Positions 63,773-64,000 of a stretch of 64,000 nt of DNA are shown here, piece by piece. Location: assembly GCA_951406725.2 (NCBI GenBank), contig OX597815.1:199640001-199704000 (forward strand), in the 5' to 3' direction. Source of the stretch: Octopus vulgaris (Eukaryota). The position numbers were made by a program, and so were the translations under genes. Numbering within the stretch: the stretch's first letter is position 1; every line of letters begins with the position of its first letter. The notes below the pieces were generated by a model. That model searched no databases and was not told the origin of the DNA. It saw only the letters and a list, made by a program, of their open reading frames with translations.

Positions 63773-64000
63773 AAGGCGACGAGCTGGCGCCGAGATCGAC
63801 TTTGCCTTTCATCTTTTCGGGGTCGATAAATTAAGTATCAGTTACGCACTGGGGTCGATGTAATCGACTTAATCCCTTTGTTTGTCCCCACTATGTTTAA
63901 CCTCATGTGGGCAATAAAGAAATAAGAAACGTTAGCACGCCGGGCAAAATGCTTACCAGTATTTCGTTGTTTTTACGTTCTGAGTTCAAATTCCGCCGAG
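63773..64000 (+). mobile_element. SINE family C, truncated copy nested in the head of another copy
   Basis: Head gagctggc is interrupted by a body and tail, then resumes at agaaacgttagcacg; runs off the window end. Confidence 0.75.

Overview
AT-rich animal genomic DNA. The repeat families look like those of an Octopus-type cephalopod (recalled, not database-checked). The window holds the 3' part of one plus-strand, intron-rich gene encoding a TIA-1/TIAR (Rox8-type) RNA-binding protein. Nine coding exons (23647-23734, 30876-30951, 39268-39373, 39822-39914, 40026-40110, 42029-42167, 42953-43104, 44133-44245, 49870-49892) splice in frame into about 290 aa covering RRM2, RRM3 and a Q/G/Y-rich tail ending GYPQAPY*. 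I found no RRM1 exons, so 1-23646 is probably one large intron. A probable 5.5 kb U-rich 3'UTR ends near AATAAA at 55407. The rest is tRNA-derived SINEs, piggyBac-like TTAA MITEs, decayed RTE and CR1 LINE pieces, a Helitron-like element and microsatellites. Apart from one ORF overlapping an exon and one overlapping the CR1 fragment, the ORF track looks like noise. Main leads: (1) two nested inverted MITE pairs, each far more alike within the pair than to other copies, that bracket the RRM exons; (2) candidate stop-codon (poison) exons followed by U-tracts, suggesting TIA autoregulation; (3) a tRNA-headed SINE with a Penelope-type minimal hammerhead motif in a hairpin; (4) a 95-nt piece of the gene's own presumed 3'UTR captured inside an intronic SINE; (5) a 5S rRNA-headed element with a SINE-type tail. 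All alignments and mismatch counts were done by eye.
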